The notes under the pieces: model-generated
What the model saw: only the letters and a program-made list of their open reading frames with translations
Databases searched by the model: none
Told to the model about the DNA's origin: nothing
NCBI GenBank assembly: GCA_945870105.1
Contig: CAMBRL010000003.1
Span: 36 to 64,035 of the forward strand
Origin: Chitinophaga pinensis
GTDB lineage: Bacteria > Bacteroidota > Bacteroidia > SXHM01
Direction of reading: 5' to 3'
DNA: 64,000 bases
Program-made: the position numbers and the translations under genes
Shown here: positions 29,289-39,616 of the stretch, in pieces
How the letters are laid out: each line of letters opens with the position of its first letter
Position numbering within the stretch: the first letter of the stretch is position 1

Positions 29289-29409
29289 AGATAATTCAGC
29301 CGCGTTCCATCCAACCTTCTCCTGAGCTCCTCCCTGCTCCCTCCTTCTTCCTCTGTGTAACAACTCCACGTTCTGTGTTAATCTGTGTAATCTGTGGCAA
29401 AACTCACCT

Positions 29410-29724
29410 TCCCCTAACCCTTCCCCATCAATCCCTAAACCCCTAACACCAATCCCTAAACCCATAGTGACAATTCCTCTACCCATAATGATAACCCCTC
29501 AACCCATAGTGACAATTCCGTAAACCATAGTATCAATTCCTAAATCGTTTGCAATCCTTCCTCAAAAGTCCGCAACATATCCTCAAAAGTCAGTGCAGTT
29601 TCCTAAACCCTTCCCAACTATTCCTAAACAGTCCAAGCCTATTCCTAAATTCTCCAAACCCATTCCTAAACTGTTTTAAACAGTTCCTAAAATGCCAAAA
29701 ACTGTCCCTAAGTTCTCCCCACAC
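29410..29724. repeat. 21-bp-period array 1 (15 units, core ATTCCTAAA)
   Basis: CC(T/G) core at 29413 plus 21n through 29707 with no register slip. Confidence 0.9.
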
Positions 29725-29834
29725 ATAAACCTTTCCATCCTGCCCGTTTCGGTCTGACCAGTCCCGCTAAAAACCAAAAATTTGTTTTCAATTAATTAAA
29801 TCATAATATTGCAGTAACTAATTCATAATACGCA

Positions 29835-32800
29835 ATGAAAAAAATCTTACTCACACTGCTTACTCTTTGCAGCATTTTGCCCACTGTTTCAGCCCAGCAA
29901 CCTTGGGAAAACAACGGTAAGCTTGACGATTTCAGCGAACTCTCCAGCACCATCACCCTCCCGATGGAAATGCCCGATGGCGTTAAATTAATGACAGATA
30001 TCTATTTACCCATCACCCAGGATTGTCTTATGGTAGTCATCAGCGACCAACCCATTTTTGGTATGGAAGTGCTCCCGATTGAATTCATCCGCAAAGGCAC
30101 ACAACTTATTCTGTATGATTCAACCTACACCATCAGCGGTGGCGATACCATTGGTACAGCAAATGCTAATCCCTACAAACTGCCCATGATTCTGCAGCGC
30201 ACCCCTTACGACAAAGGAGATGGTAATGATCCCGTTGGTTCATTGGTTTCTATTTTGGGCTATGCCTTTTCTGTTCAGGATATGCGCGGACGTTATGCCT
30301 CTGAAGGTGTTTACTTTCCGCTGCAAAGCGATGGTTGGGAAAAAAATACCTACCACGCAAACTGGCAGCACGTCTTGGACGAAACAGATCCAAGCGACCC
30401 TAAAAACGGTAACCGTCACGAAGATGGATACAACACCATCAAATACATTGTAAACGATTTCAAACGCGATTACGATTACGATTTGGATGGCATTGCAGAT
30501 ACCAACGACTTTGTAGTAAACGGTTGGATTGCCATGTTTGGTGGCTCCGCACTTGGCTACAATCAATACCAGGCAGCAGCAGCTCATAAAATTGACCCTT
30601 CTGCTCCCGGATTAAAAGCACTTCTTCCTATTGTTGCCCCTAACGAATTCTTCAAAAGCACCGGTTTTCAGAACGGGGTGTTGCGCGACCGTTTGGTTAC
30701 AGGTTGGTTGAAAGGACAAATCTTTACCGGCACCGATGATGACCTCATGGATATTGACAACGAGATGCAGAATAACATTCATACTTCTAAAGATTACGAT
30801 CTTCCGAAATCAATGTATGTAAACAACATCTTGCAGAGCTATCAGGAAAATAAATTTGATGCAGCAGCACTTGCCATTGACCACTTTGTTTCTATGCGTT
30901 ACGAAGATCAGAACGGAAACATTGGCCCATGCGGATACTATCCAAACTCGGTAGGCAGAAAAGATATGGATGCCAGCCGCGGAATGATTGATTCGGCAGG
31001 TAATTGCAAAATGGAACAACCCGGTGATGTACTTGGTCAGGACATCTTCAGCCGATACAGTAACATGGACGTGCCTGCTTACCACTTAACCGGATGGTGG
31101 GATATTTTCATTGACGGACAAATTGAAACATGGGCATTCATGCGCAAGTTCATTGACCCTGCACATGGTAACAACAAAAAACAAAAACTGGTAATCGGTC
31201 CTTGGGCTCACCAAACCATAGGTTCAAAAACAACAGGTGACAGAACCTATCCTGATAACATCAGTGACCTGCTTGGTTTTGACTTTGATGAAGTTTCTGC
31301 TACCAACACTCCTATCAGCAAAATCTTAACATCAGAAGTTATCGCATGGTTCCGTTACAACCTCAACTACCAGAACGATAATTACCTGGGCGAACCTAAA
31401 TGTGTTATTCCTGAAAATACAACCTGGCAAAATGTTGTTGCCAACGGTTTAATTAAAGTGCGTGTTCCTTCTGAGGATTATGTGATGAGCTTTAATGAGC
31501 TGCTCGGCTTATTGAATGGAACCTCTGGTCTCACTAATATTAAAGCCGAGATAAATATTGGGGGAAATGTTCAGGATACCGTGTTCGATTTCCCTGCATT
31601 TGGAGACCCTGTTATTCCGGGCTTAGACTCGGGAGCTATCGTAACTATCCCTTACCGCGATTTTTCGGATGAAACAGATGTTGCCAACGTGCGTTTTTAT
31701 GTAATAGGCCCAAATGATGATGGCATGCCTGAAAATGAAGGCAAAGGATGCTACTGGTTTAAATCAGACACTTTTCCTCTTCCCGAATCAGCAATTGAAA
31801 GACACGACTGGTTCCTGCATGCTGACGGAACATTGAACGAAACAGCACCGGTAGAAGATGAAGGCGTGAACATTTTTGTACACGACCCCGATGATCCTAT
31901 TTATGGTATCGGAGGTTCTAACATGATTGTTCGCACACCTGATGGAGAACGTACTTCACAAGGTCAGTTCAATATCAAAGACGAGCGTTATGCCTCTTAT
32001 ACTATAGACCGTCAGGGCGTATTGCAATACAGCTCTGAACCGGTAGTGGATTCAATGTGCGTGATTGGTTTCCCGCACGTAAGATTGTATGCTAAAACCA
32101 ATCCCGGTGGTGCTGCAGAAGGCGACCCAACCGACACCGATTTCATGGTTCGTGTAATTGACGTTTATCCTGACGGACACGAGTATTTTGTAATTGAAGG
32201 TTGTGTAAACGCACGCGCAAGAGATTATGTGCGCAATCTGGTTGATCATCCTGAAATGGATTTGAACTTCCCTTATCCTAATGACCAGACTCCTTTCACT
32301 AACATTGAAGCAGGAAAAATTTACGAATACGTTTTCCCGATGCCTCCTATTGCTTACACATTCGGACACGGTCACAAAATGAAAATTCTGATTTCAAGTA
32401 GTATTTATACACGTTTTCAGGTTAATCCTAATATTCCTATTGAACCGGGTGATTTCTTCCGCAGAAAGCCAGGGGACGGTCGCAGCTATCGTTTTCAGGG
32501 AGTGGATATGTTTCCTCGTGTAGCTGTTCAGCGTGTGGCTTTTGCACCGGAATACCCAACACATATCAACCTGCCTATTTACACACAGAACTACACCAAT
32601 GTTGATAAGCCAACTGTTGTAAAAGACGAATTGAAGGCTCTTGTATTTCCTAACCCTACTGATGATCTTGTAAACATTTACATGTCAAAAGCAGGCGAGT
32701 ACCAGGTTGATATTATCAGCATTTCAGGAAACATTATTGCAAGCTCTTCTTCCTTCAGCGATAAACTTGCTGTTGATGTAAGCAGCCTGAGTGCAGGTAT

Positions 32801-32867
32801 TTATTTTGTAACTATCAATGATTTGAAAAACAATAACAAAATCACCAAAAAACTAAGCGTGAAGTAA
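29835..32867 (+). CDS. CocE/NonD-family serine hydrolase with T9SS sorting domain
   Basis: MPDGVKLMTDIYLP, RTPY, QDMRGRYASEG, GGSALG, GWWD, GPWAH; VFPNP CTD. Confidence 0.88.
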   Translation: MKKILLTLLTLCSILPTVSAQQPWENNGKLDDFSELSSTITLPMEMPDGVKLMTDIYLPITQDCLMVVISDQPIFGMEVLPIEFIRKGTQLILYDSTYTISGGDTIGTANANPYKLPMILQRTPYDKGDGNDPVGSLVSILGYAFSVQDMRGRYASEGVYFPLQSDGWEKNTYHANWQHVLDETDPSDPKNGNRHEDGYNTIKYIVNDFKRDYDYDLDGIADTNDFVVNGWIAMFGGSALGYNQYQAAAAHKIDPSAPGLKALLPIVAPNEFFKSTGFQNGVLRDRLVTGWLKGQIFTGTDDDLMDIDNEMQNNIHTSKDYDLPKSMYVNNILQSYQENKFDAAALAIDHFVSMRYEDQNGNIGPCGYYPNSVGRKDMDASRGMIDSAGNCKMEQPGDVLGQDIFSRYSNMDVPAYHLTGWWDIFIDGQIETWAFMRKFIDPAHGNNKKQKLVIGPWAHQTIGSKTTGDRTYPDNISDLLGFDFDEVSATNTPISKILTSEVIAWFRYNLNYQNDNYLGEPKCVIPENTTWQNVVANGLIKVRVPSEDYVMSFNELLGLLNGTSGLTNIKAEINIGGNVQDTVFDFPAFGDPVIPGLDSGAIVTIPYRDFSDETDVANVRFYVIGPNDDGMPENEGKGCYWFKSDTFPLPESAIERHDWFLHADGTLNETAPVEDEGVNIFVHDPDDPIYGIGGSNMIVRTPDGERTSQGQFNIKDERYASYTIDRQGVLQYSSEPVVDSMCVIGFPHVRLYAKTNPGGAAEGDPTDTDFMVRVIDVYPDGHEYFVIEGCVNARARDYVRNLVDHPEMDLNFPYPNDQTPFTNIEAGKIYEYVFPMPPIAYTFGHGHKMKILISSSIYTRFQVNPNIPIEPGDFFRRKPGDGRSYRFQGVDMFPRVAVQRVAFAPEYPTHINLPIYTQNYTNVDKPTVVKDELKALVFPNPTDDLVNIYMSKAGEYQVDIISISGNIIASSSSFSDKLAVDVSSLSAGIYFVTINDLKNNNKITKKLSVK

Positions 32868-32871
32868 TATT

Positions 32872-32932
32872 CGTCATGCTGAACTTGTTTCAGCATCTCA
32901 TAACAAGACCCTGAAACAAGTTCAGGGTGACG
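32872..32932. repeat. CGTC-type REP doublet
   Basis: CGTCATGCTGAACTTGTTTCAGCATCT...AGACCCTGAAACAAGTTCAGGGTGACG. Confidence 0.88.
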
Positions 32933-33000
32933 TTCTAAAAAGTCTAATTTTGCGCAGAGCGTTTCGGTTATCGGAACGCTCTGCTTTTTTAAACCACACC

Positions 33001-33705
33001 ATGCCGCGAATATTATACATAGAAACCGCTACCGAAGTTTGCTCCGTTGCTTTAAGCTACAACAATGCAAAATTCGCAGGTCTGGAAGAAGATAATGCCG
33101 GCTTTGCCCATGCCGAAAAGCTAACAGTGCTGATTGATGCCTTAATGAAAAAAACTAACACAGAATACAGTCAGTTAGATGCTGTTGCTGTTAGTTATGG
33201 TCCGGGTTCTTATACAGGCTTACGAATAGGCATGTCGGCAGCCAAGGGCTTTTGTTATGCGCTGAATATTCCCTTGATTGCCATCAGCACTTTAAAAGCC
33301 ATGGCAGCAGGCGCTCTTCATTTACGCGATGTGGAAAATTTATTCCTCCAACCCGATGTATTGCTTTGTCCTATGATAGATGCCCGCAGAATGGAAGTAT
33401 ATACTGCCTTCTTTGACAAAGACCTGAACGAAGTGCGACCGCCCTCTGCCGATATAATTGATGCCACTTCATACAGCGATTGGCTGAAGAAGAATAAACT
33501 GCTGTTTTTCGGTAATGGAGCCGCTAAATGCAAACCGGTATTATCACCTAAAGCCAATACCTATTTCTTTGATGAGTTTTTGCCTTCTGCCCAAAACATG
33601 ATTACGTTGGCACATGCTGCTTATAAAGAAAAGCAATTTGCCAACCTTGCTTATTCTGAGCCTTTTTATCTGAAAGAATTTCAGGCAGGGGTTGCAAAAG
33701 GGTAG
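33001..33705 (+). CDS. tsaB: t6A biosynthesis protein TsaB
   Basis: ILYIETAT, HAEKL, GPGSYTGLRIG, PMIDARRMEVY. Confidence 0.94.
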   Translation: MPRILYIETATEVCSVALSYNNAKFAGLEEDNAGFAHAEKLTVLIDALMKKTNTEYSQLDAVAVSYGPGSYTGLRIGMSAAKGFCYALNIPLIAISTLKAMAAGALHLRDVENLFLQPDVLLCPMIDARRMEVYTAFFDKDLNEVRPPSADIIDATSYSDWLKKNKLLFFGNGAAKCKPVLSPKANTYFFDEFLPSAQNMITLAHAAYKEKQFANLAYSEPFYLKEFQAGVAKG

Positions 33706-33730
33706 GTATTTATATTCCCGTTGTCACAAT

Positions 33731-33766
33731 AAAAAAGTCCTGCCTCAACAGAGACAGGACTTTTTT
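33731..33766. terminator. Bidirectional terminator between tsaB and rpmA
   Basis: AAAAAAGTCCTG...CAGGACTTTTTT between convergent genes. Confidence 0.8.
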
Positions 33767-33787
33767 AATTTAAACCCAACAAATCGT

Positions 33788-34054
33788 TTACGCTACTGCT
33801 GCTACAGGAGCAACCGATACGTAAGAAACGTCATCCGCTTTTTTCTTGAAAACTACTACGCCATCAACCAAAGCGAATAAAGTATGGTCTTTACCAATAC
33901 CTACATTCAATCCCGGGTGGTGTTTAGTCCCACGCTGACGAACAATAATGTTACCTGCGTTAACCGCCTGGCCGCCAAATATTTTTACGCCAAGACGTTT
34001 GCTATGTGATTCCCTGCCGTTTTTGGTACTACCGGCTCCTTTCTTGTGTGCCAT
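33788..34054 (-). CDS. rpmA: 50S ribosomal protein L27
   Basis: [24 protein letters not shown]. Confidence 0.98.
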   Translation of the reverse strand: MAHKKGAGSTKNGRESHSKRLGVKIFGGQAVNAGNIIVRQRGTKHHPGLNVGIGKDHTLFALVDGVVVFKKKADDVSYVSVAPVAAVA

Positions 34055-34075
34055 GTTATTTTAGTTTTTTAAAAA

Positions 34076-34444
34076 TTATTCTTCAGTTTTTTCTACTTTC
34101 TCTTTCTTAGGAGCTGCTTTTTTAGCTGCTTTTTCGCCACCAATGCTCTCAATCTGAATTTGAGTAAGGTATTGACGGTGACCATTTGATTTTTGGTATC
34201 CTTTTCTGCGTTTTTTCTTGAAAATGATTACTTTATCATCTTTCAGGTGGCTCAGGATCTTAGCAGAAATTTTAACGCCTTCTACTTTTGGTGTTCCTAC
34301 GGTTACTTTACCGTCATTCTCAACCAATAATACGTTATCAAACTCAACGTTTGCGCCTTCTTTGCCTTCCAAGCGGTGTACATACACTTTCATGTCTTTT
34401 TCCACTTTAAACTGTTGTCCGGCTATATCAACTATTGCGTACAT
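34076..34444 (-). CDS. rplU: 50S ribosomal protein L21
   Basis: MYAIVDIAGQQFKV, FKKKRRKGY, GHRQ. Confidence 0.98.
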   Translation of the reverse strand: MYAIVDIAGQQFKVEKDMKVYVHRLEGKEGANVEFDNVLLVENDGKVTVGTPKVEGVKISAKILSHLKDDKVIIFKKKRRKGYQKSNGHRQYLTQIQIESIGGEKAAKKAAPKKEKVEKTEE

Positions 34445-34609
34445 TTTACTTTTTTTAATGTTAATAACTTGTTCTCAATTTTTTTTGAGGGGCAGCAAAG
34501 GTAGAAAAAGATTCATTCGCACCAAATGAAAAATTAATGTCTTTAAGGGTTTTACACCTAAAAGGTGCGCGAAGGTAATAATTTACAAGGATTTCATGCG
34601 GACAAACAC

Positions 34610-35509
34610 CTAATAAACCAATGTAGATTTAGCTTTACCTACTTCCAGTTTTGCGTTTTTTCCTATATAAATAGCGCAATTATCATCAATATGCCCTGCC
34701 GGAAAATGGAAGCAAACCGGGAAATCATATTCTTTTACGGCATCTACTATAATTTCTTCCGCATTTTTCCCGAAAGGAATGGTGTTATCTTTCATATCAC
34801 TCATTCCTCCTACAGCTAAACCTTTCAGTTTATCCAATTTGCCTGCCCGTTTCATGGCCATCATCATGCGGTCGATATGGTAGAGGTATTCGTCAATATC
34901 TTCCAGGAAAAGAATTTTTCCTGCGGTATCAATATCCGAAACCGAACCCAACAGCGAATAAAGGATGGAAAGGTTGCCACCAACTATAATTGCTTCTGCA
35001 TTTCCTTCTCTGTTTAAAGTATGTGCCGGGAATTGATAATCCAACGTATCGCCTTTTAAAGATTTAACCAGCGTTTTAGCAGCATCACTCTCGCCTCCTA
35101 ATTTCTTCAGCTGCACCGGCATAATAGAATGAATGGTTTCTATTTCAAAATTCTGCCAGATGTGCGAATGTAAAACGGTAACATCACTAAAGCCACAAAT
35201 CCATTTCTGGGTTTTCTTGAACGTGCTGAAATCAAGTTTATCAATTATCCGCACTGTTCCGTAACCGCCACGAGCACAAAGAATAGCTTTGATTTCAGGA
35301 TTGTCCATCATCAACTGAAAATCTTCCGCACGTTCCTCATCTGTTCCTGAGAATTGGTTCAGTTCTTTGAAAAGATTTTTTCCGAAAACGATTTCAAAAC
35401 CTTCTTTTTCAAAACACTCAACAGCAGGCTGTAATTCCTCTCGGGTTATTTTTCGTGCGGTTGAAACAATCCCGATTTTGTCTCCGGGTTTTAAATAAGG
35501 TGGTGTCAT
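34610..35509 (-). CDS. LD-carboxypeptidase (S66)
   Basis: ARGGYG, GFSDVT, GGNLS, FLEDIDE, AGH. Confidence 0.92.
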   Translation of the reverse strand: MTPPYLKPGDKIGIVSTARKITREELQPAVECFEKEGFEIVFGKNLFKELNQFSGTDEERAEDFQLMMDNPEIKAILCARGGYGTVRIIDKLDFSTFKKTQKWICGFSDVTVLHSHIWQNFEIETIHSIMPVQLKKLGGESDAAKTLVKSLKGDTLDYQFPAHTLNREGNAEAIIVGGNLSILYSLLGSVSDIDTAGKILFLEDIDEYLYHIDRMMMAMKRAGKLDKLKGLAVGGMSDMKDNTIPFGKNAEEIIVDAVKEYDFPVCFHFPAGHIDDNCAIYIGKNAKLEVGKAKSTLVY

Positions 35510-35539
35510 TTTATATCTTTGCCTGCCGCAACAAAGAAA

Positions 35540-37609
35540 ATGAAAAACTTCAAACGCTACACCGTTACTGCCGCTTTGCCTTATGCCAACGGACCTTTAC
35601 ATATAGGGCATATTGCAGGCGCATATTTACCTGCCGATATTTATGTGCGCTTCTTGCGCCTGCGCGAAAACGATGTTATTTTTATCTGCGGTTCGGATGA
35701 ACACGGTGCAGCTATTACACTAAAAGCAAAAAAAGAAAACATCACTCCTCAGCAATTGGTAGATAAATACCATGAGCTGATGAAGAATGCCTTTGCGGAT
35801 TTTGGAATTGAGTTCAGTATTTATCACCGTACCTCAACTCCTTTGCATCATAAAACAGCAGCTGATTTTTTTACCGTTTTATACAACAAAGGAAAGTTCA
35901 CGGAAGAAACTTCGGAACAATATTATGACGAGGAGAACAAGCTTTTTCTTGCGGACCGTTATATCACCGGAACCTGCCCAAAATGCGGAAATGAAAGTGC
36001 CTATGGCGACCAATGCGAGAAATGCGGAAGTACGCTTAGTCCTACAGATTTAATAAATCCAAAATCAGTATTGAGCGGAAAAACACCGGTGATGAAAACA
36101 ACTTCACATTGGTATTTGCCACTTGGTGAACACGAAGCATGGCTGAAAGAATGGATAAATAAAGGAACGTTGGATGGAGTGGAACAACATAATCCTGCCG
36201 AGTGGAAAAATCAGGTAATCGGTCAATGCAATTCATGGCTGGATGCAGGTTTACAAAGCCGTGCGATGACCAGAGATTTAGATTGGGGCGTGAAAGTTCC
36301 GTTGCCAAATGCAGATGGAAAAGTATTGTATGTTTGGTTGGATGCGCCTATCGGCTACATCTCTGCTACCAAGCAATGGGCAGAAGACAATAAGACTGAT
36401 TGGGAGCAATGGTGGAAATCAGAAGATACCAAGTTGCTGCACTTTGTAGGAAAAGACAATATTGTTTTTCATGCGTTGATATTCCCTGTGATGCTGCGCT
36501 CGCACGGAGAATTTATTCTGGAGAATAATGTTCCCGCCAATGAGTTCTTAAATCTTGAAGGCGATAAAATTTCCACCTCACGCAATCATGCGATTTGGCT
36601 GCATGAGTATCTTCAGGATTTTCCAAACAGGCAGGACGAATTGCGTTATGTATTATGCTCCATCGCGCCTGAGAGCAAGGACAGCGAGTTCACCTGGAAA
36701 GATTTTCAGGCGAGAAACAACAATGAGTTGGTTGCCATACTTGGCAACTTTGTAAACCGCTCGGTAGTTCTTACTCACAAATATTTTGAAGGTAAAATTC
36801 CCGATGTAAAACCCGACACAAAATTTCTGCTCGGCATAAAAGATGCCTACGATAAAGTGGAACAGAATATTGAAAAATACAGGTTCCGTGAGGCGTTGGC
36901 AGAAGCAATGAATGTGGCGCGCTCGGGCAATAAATATTTAGCCGACAATGAGCCGTGGAAACTCATCAACACGGATAAAGAAAAAACGGCAGAGGTTATT
37001 TATACATCATTATTAGTTGCAGCACATCTTAGTATTTTGCTCGAACCTTTTCTTCCTTTTACTACTAAAAAGTTGCGTACGTTATTAGGGATTACAAAAC
37101 CTGTTTCATGGTTTTTTGAAGAAACTGCATTGTTGAAATCGGGACAAGAGATCGGTCAGCCGCTGCACCTGTTCGCCAACATTGATGACGAAACCATTCA
37201 AAAGCAATTGGAGAAATTACATGCGATGAAACCCATTTTGACTGTGGCCGATGCTGAACCGGCTGCCATAAAACCATCTAAGCCTGAAATCACTTTTGAA
37301 GATTTTGCAAAATCTGATATCAGAATAGGAACAATTTTAGAAGCAGAAAAAGTTCCTAAAGCAGATAAATTATTGAAGCTGCTTGTAGATACAGGCATTG
37401 ATAAACGCACCGTTGTTTCGGGCATTGCAGAGTTTTACAAACCTGAAGATATCATTGGACAAAAGGTTTCTATTCTTGTCAATCTTGCTCCGCGTAAACT
37501 GCGGGGGATTGAATCACAAGGGATGATATTGATGGCAGAAGATGTGAACGGAAAACTTTGTTTTGTTCAGCCTTCGGAGAGTATTACAAATGGGGGAGAG
37601 GTAAAGTAA
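35540..37609 (+). CDS. metG: Methionine--tRNA ligase
   Basis: ALPYANG, HIGH, Zn knuckle, KISTS, C-terminal tRNA-binding OB fold. Confidence 0.97.
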   Translation: MKNFKRYTVTAALPYANGPLHIGHIAGAYLPADIYVRFLRLRENDVIFICGSDEHGAAITLKAKKENITPQQLVDKYHELMKNAFADFGIEFSIYHRTSTPLHHKTAADFFTVLYNKGKFTEETSEQYYDEENKLFLADRYITGTCPKCGNESAYGDQCEKCGSTLSPTDLINPKSVLSGKTPVMKTTSHWYLPLGEHEAWLKEWINKGTLDGVEQHNPAEWKNQVIGQCNSWLDAGLQSRAMTRDLDWGVKVPLPNADGKVLYVWLDAPIGYISATKQWAEDNKTDWEQWWKSEDTKLLHFVGKDNIVFHALIFPVMLRSHGEFILENNVPANEFLNLEGDKISTSRNHAIWLHEYLQDFPNRQDELRYVLCSIAPESKDSEFTWKDFQARNNNELVAILGNFVNRSVVLTHKYFEGKIPDVKPDTKFLLGIKDAYDKVEQNIEKYRFREALAEAMNVARSGNKYLADNEPWKLINTDKEKTAEVIYTSLLVAAHLSILLEPFLPFTTKKLRTLLGITKPVSWFFEETALLKSGQEIGQPLHLFANIDDETIQKQLEKLHAMKPILTVADAEPAAIKPSKPEITFEDFAKSDIRIGTILEAEKVPKADKLLKLLVDTGIDKRTVVSGIAEFYKPEDIIGQKVSILVNLAPRKLRGIESQGMILMAEDVNGKLCFVQPSESITNGGEVK

Positions 37610-37673
37610 CGTCATGCTGAACTTGTTTCAGCATCTCAATTAAGAAAGACCCTGAAACAAGTTCAGGGTGACG
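37610..37673. repeat. CGTC-type REP doublet
   Basis: Arms identical to 32872-32932, different central loop. Confidence 0.88.
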
Positions 37674-37677
37674 AAAG

Positions 37678-39483
37678 CTACACCTTCAACGCTTTCTTCG
37701 CCTCAATGCTTGCCTGAATATCTTCCAGTCTTCCTTTCGGAATTGCACTGATTAGTTTCTGCGTGTACTCCGTTTGCGGGTTATCACAGATTGCATCCGC
37801 ATCGCCCATCTCTTCTACTTTTCCTTTGTTCATTACCACCATGCGGTCGCTCATGAATTTTACTACCGATAAATCGTGTGAGATGAAAATATAAGTGAAA
37901 TGAAAATCGCGTTTCAACTCATTGAGCAGGTTCAGAACCTGTGCCTGAATAGATACATCCAGTGCAGAAACCGACTCATCGCAGATGATGAACTGCGGGC
38001 TTAATGCCAGTGCACGTGCAATGCAAATACGCTGACGTTGCCCACCCGAAAACTCATGTGGATAGCGGTAAAAATGTTTTTCTTCCATGTTCACACGCTT
38101 CAGCAATTCAAGCACTTTGCCTTTGCGCTCTTTATCGTTTGCTAAAATTTTATGAACCTGCATAGGTTCCATAATAGCCTCACCAATAGTAATGCGTGGG
38201 TTGAGTGATGAATACGGATCCTGAAAAATAATCTGCAAGTCTTTACGCTCAGCTCGCATATCTTCATTGTTCAGCTGCACTAAGTTTTTTCCTTTGAAAA
38301 TAATATCGCCTGCTGTAGGTTCAATCAAACGCAGAATGGTGCGGCCTAATGTTGTTTTACCGCAGCCGCTTTCTCCAACAAGACCAAGCGTTTCGCCCGG
38401 GTATACATCAAAGCTTACATCATCTACTGCTTTCACATGATCTTTTGTTTTCCCGAAAAAACCCGATTTAATAGGGAAGTATGTTTTCAGATTTTTGATG
38501 CTGAGAATGGGTTCTTTCGCGTAAAGTATTTTATGTGCTTCTGTGCGCTCTTCGCCTGTTACCACTGCTTTATTCAATACTTCGCTGATGGTATGTGCTT
38601 TTTCAACAATGTTCCCGTTTTCATCAGTTCCCATAAAATCGGCAACGGTGGGCAGCCATTTCAAACGTCTGTCCAACGGAGGGCGGCAGGCTAACAAGCC
38701 TTTGGTATAAGGGTGTTGCGGGTTGGCAAAAATTTCCATCACAGGGCCCTGCTCCACAATTTTTCCTTTGTACATCACCACCACTTTATCGGCAAGCTCG
38801 GCTATAACACCAAGGTCGTGGGTGATAAACATAATGCCCATATCGTGTTCGGTCTGCAGCTTCAGCATCAGGTCGAGAATGGTTTTTTGAACCGTAACAT
38901 CCAGCGCGGTGGTTGGCTCATCGGCAATCAATATGCTGGGGTTGCAGCTCATGGCCATGGCAATCATCACCCGCTGCTTTTGTCCGCCAGATATCTGGTG
39001 AGGGTAGGCATCAAAAATAGATTCAGGGCGGGGCAACTGCACTTCTTTAAACAGTGCAATGGTTTTTTCTTTTGCTTCAGTCTTGTTTACTTTCTGGTGC
39101 AGCATAATGGCTTCCATCACCTGGCTGCCGCAGGTAAACACGGGGTTCAGCGAGGTCATGGGCTCCTGGAAGATCATAGCAATCTCATTGCCGCGTATCT
39201 CGCGCATCTCTTTTTCCGAGAGCTTTAATAAATCGATTGCTCCCTTTTCTTTCGAGTGAAAAATAATTTCACCGCCCGAAATTTTTCCGGGAGGATTGGG
39301 AATTAACCGCATCACCGAAAGCGAGGTAACTGATTTGCCCGAGCCGCTCTCGCCCACAATACCAATGGTTTCGCCACGGGCAAGGGTAAAGCTGATGTCG
39401 TTAACGGCTTTCACCAGTTCGTCATCGGTCTTAAACTCGGTGACAAGGTTTTTTATTTCTAAGAGGGTTTCTTTCTGCGCCAT
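37678..39483 (-). CDS. Peptide/nickel ABC transporter ATP-binding protein (duplicated ATPase)
   Basis: GESGSGKS and [26 protein letters not shown]. Confidence 0.93.
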   Translation of the reverse strand: MAQKETLLEIKNLVTEFKTDDELVKAVNDISFTLARGETIGIVGESGSGKSVTSLSVMRLIPNPPGKISGGEIIFHSKEKGAIDLLKLSEKEMREIRGNEIAMIFQEPMTSLNPVFTCGSQVMEAIMLHQKVNKTEAKEKTIALFKEVQLPRPESIFDAYPHQISGGQKQRVMIAMAMSCNPSILIADEPTTALDVTVQKTILDLMLKLQTEHDMGIMFITHDLGVIAELADKVVVMYKGKIVEQGPVMEIFANPQHPYTKGLLACRPPLDRRLKWLPTVADFMGTDENGNIVEKAHTISEVLNKAVVTGEERTEAHKILYAKEPILSIKNLKTYFPIKSGFFGKTKDHVKAVDDVSFDVYPGETLGLVGESGCGKTTLGRTILRLIEPTAGDIIFKGKNLVQLNNEDMRAERKDLQIIFQDPYSSLNPRITIGEAIMEPMQVHKILANDKERKGKVLELLKRVNMEEKHFYRYPHEFSGGQRQRICIARALALSPQFIICDESVSALDVSIQAQVLNLLNELKRDFHFTYIFISHDLSVVKFMSDRMVVMNKGKVEEMGDADAICDNPQTEYTQKLISAIPKGRLEDIQASIEAKKALKV

Positions 39484-39616
39484 GATTATTTTTAAAGAGG
39501 GGCTAAGGTAAAAAGAAATAGAAAAGCATATTCAGAATGTAATTCATGGTTAGAGGTGTATAATAATCCTTAAAAATGATATTTCTGAATTGCCAATTTA
39601 GAGATATTTGTTTCTT

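Noticed and set aside
29168-29486. ORFs 29193-29486(-) and 29168-29446(+) as real proteins
   Set aside because: They run through the array, a repeat and the hairpin element; the same minus frame has several stops further into the array.
29410-29724. CRISPR array
   Set aside because: Period of 21 bp with a degenerate core of about 9 bp is far too short for a CRISPR repeat-spacer unit; no cas genes in the window.
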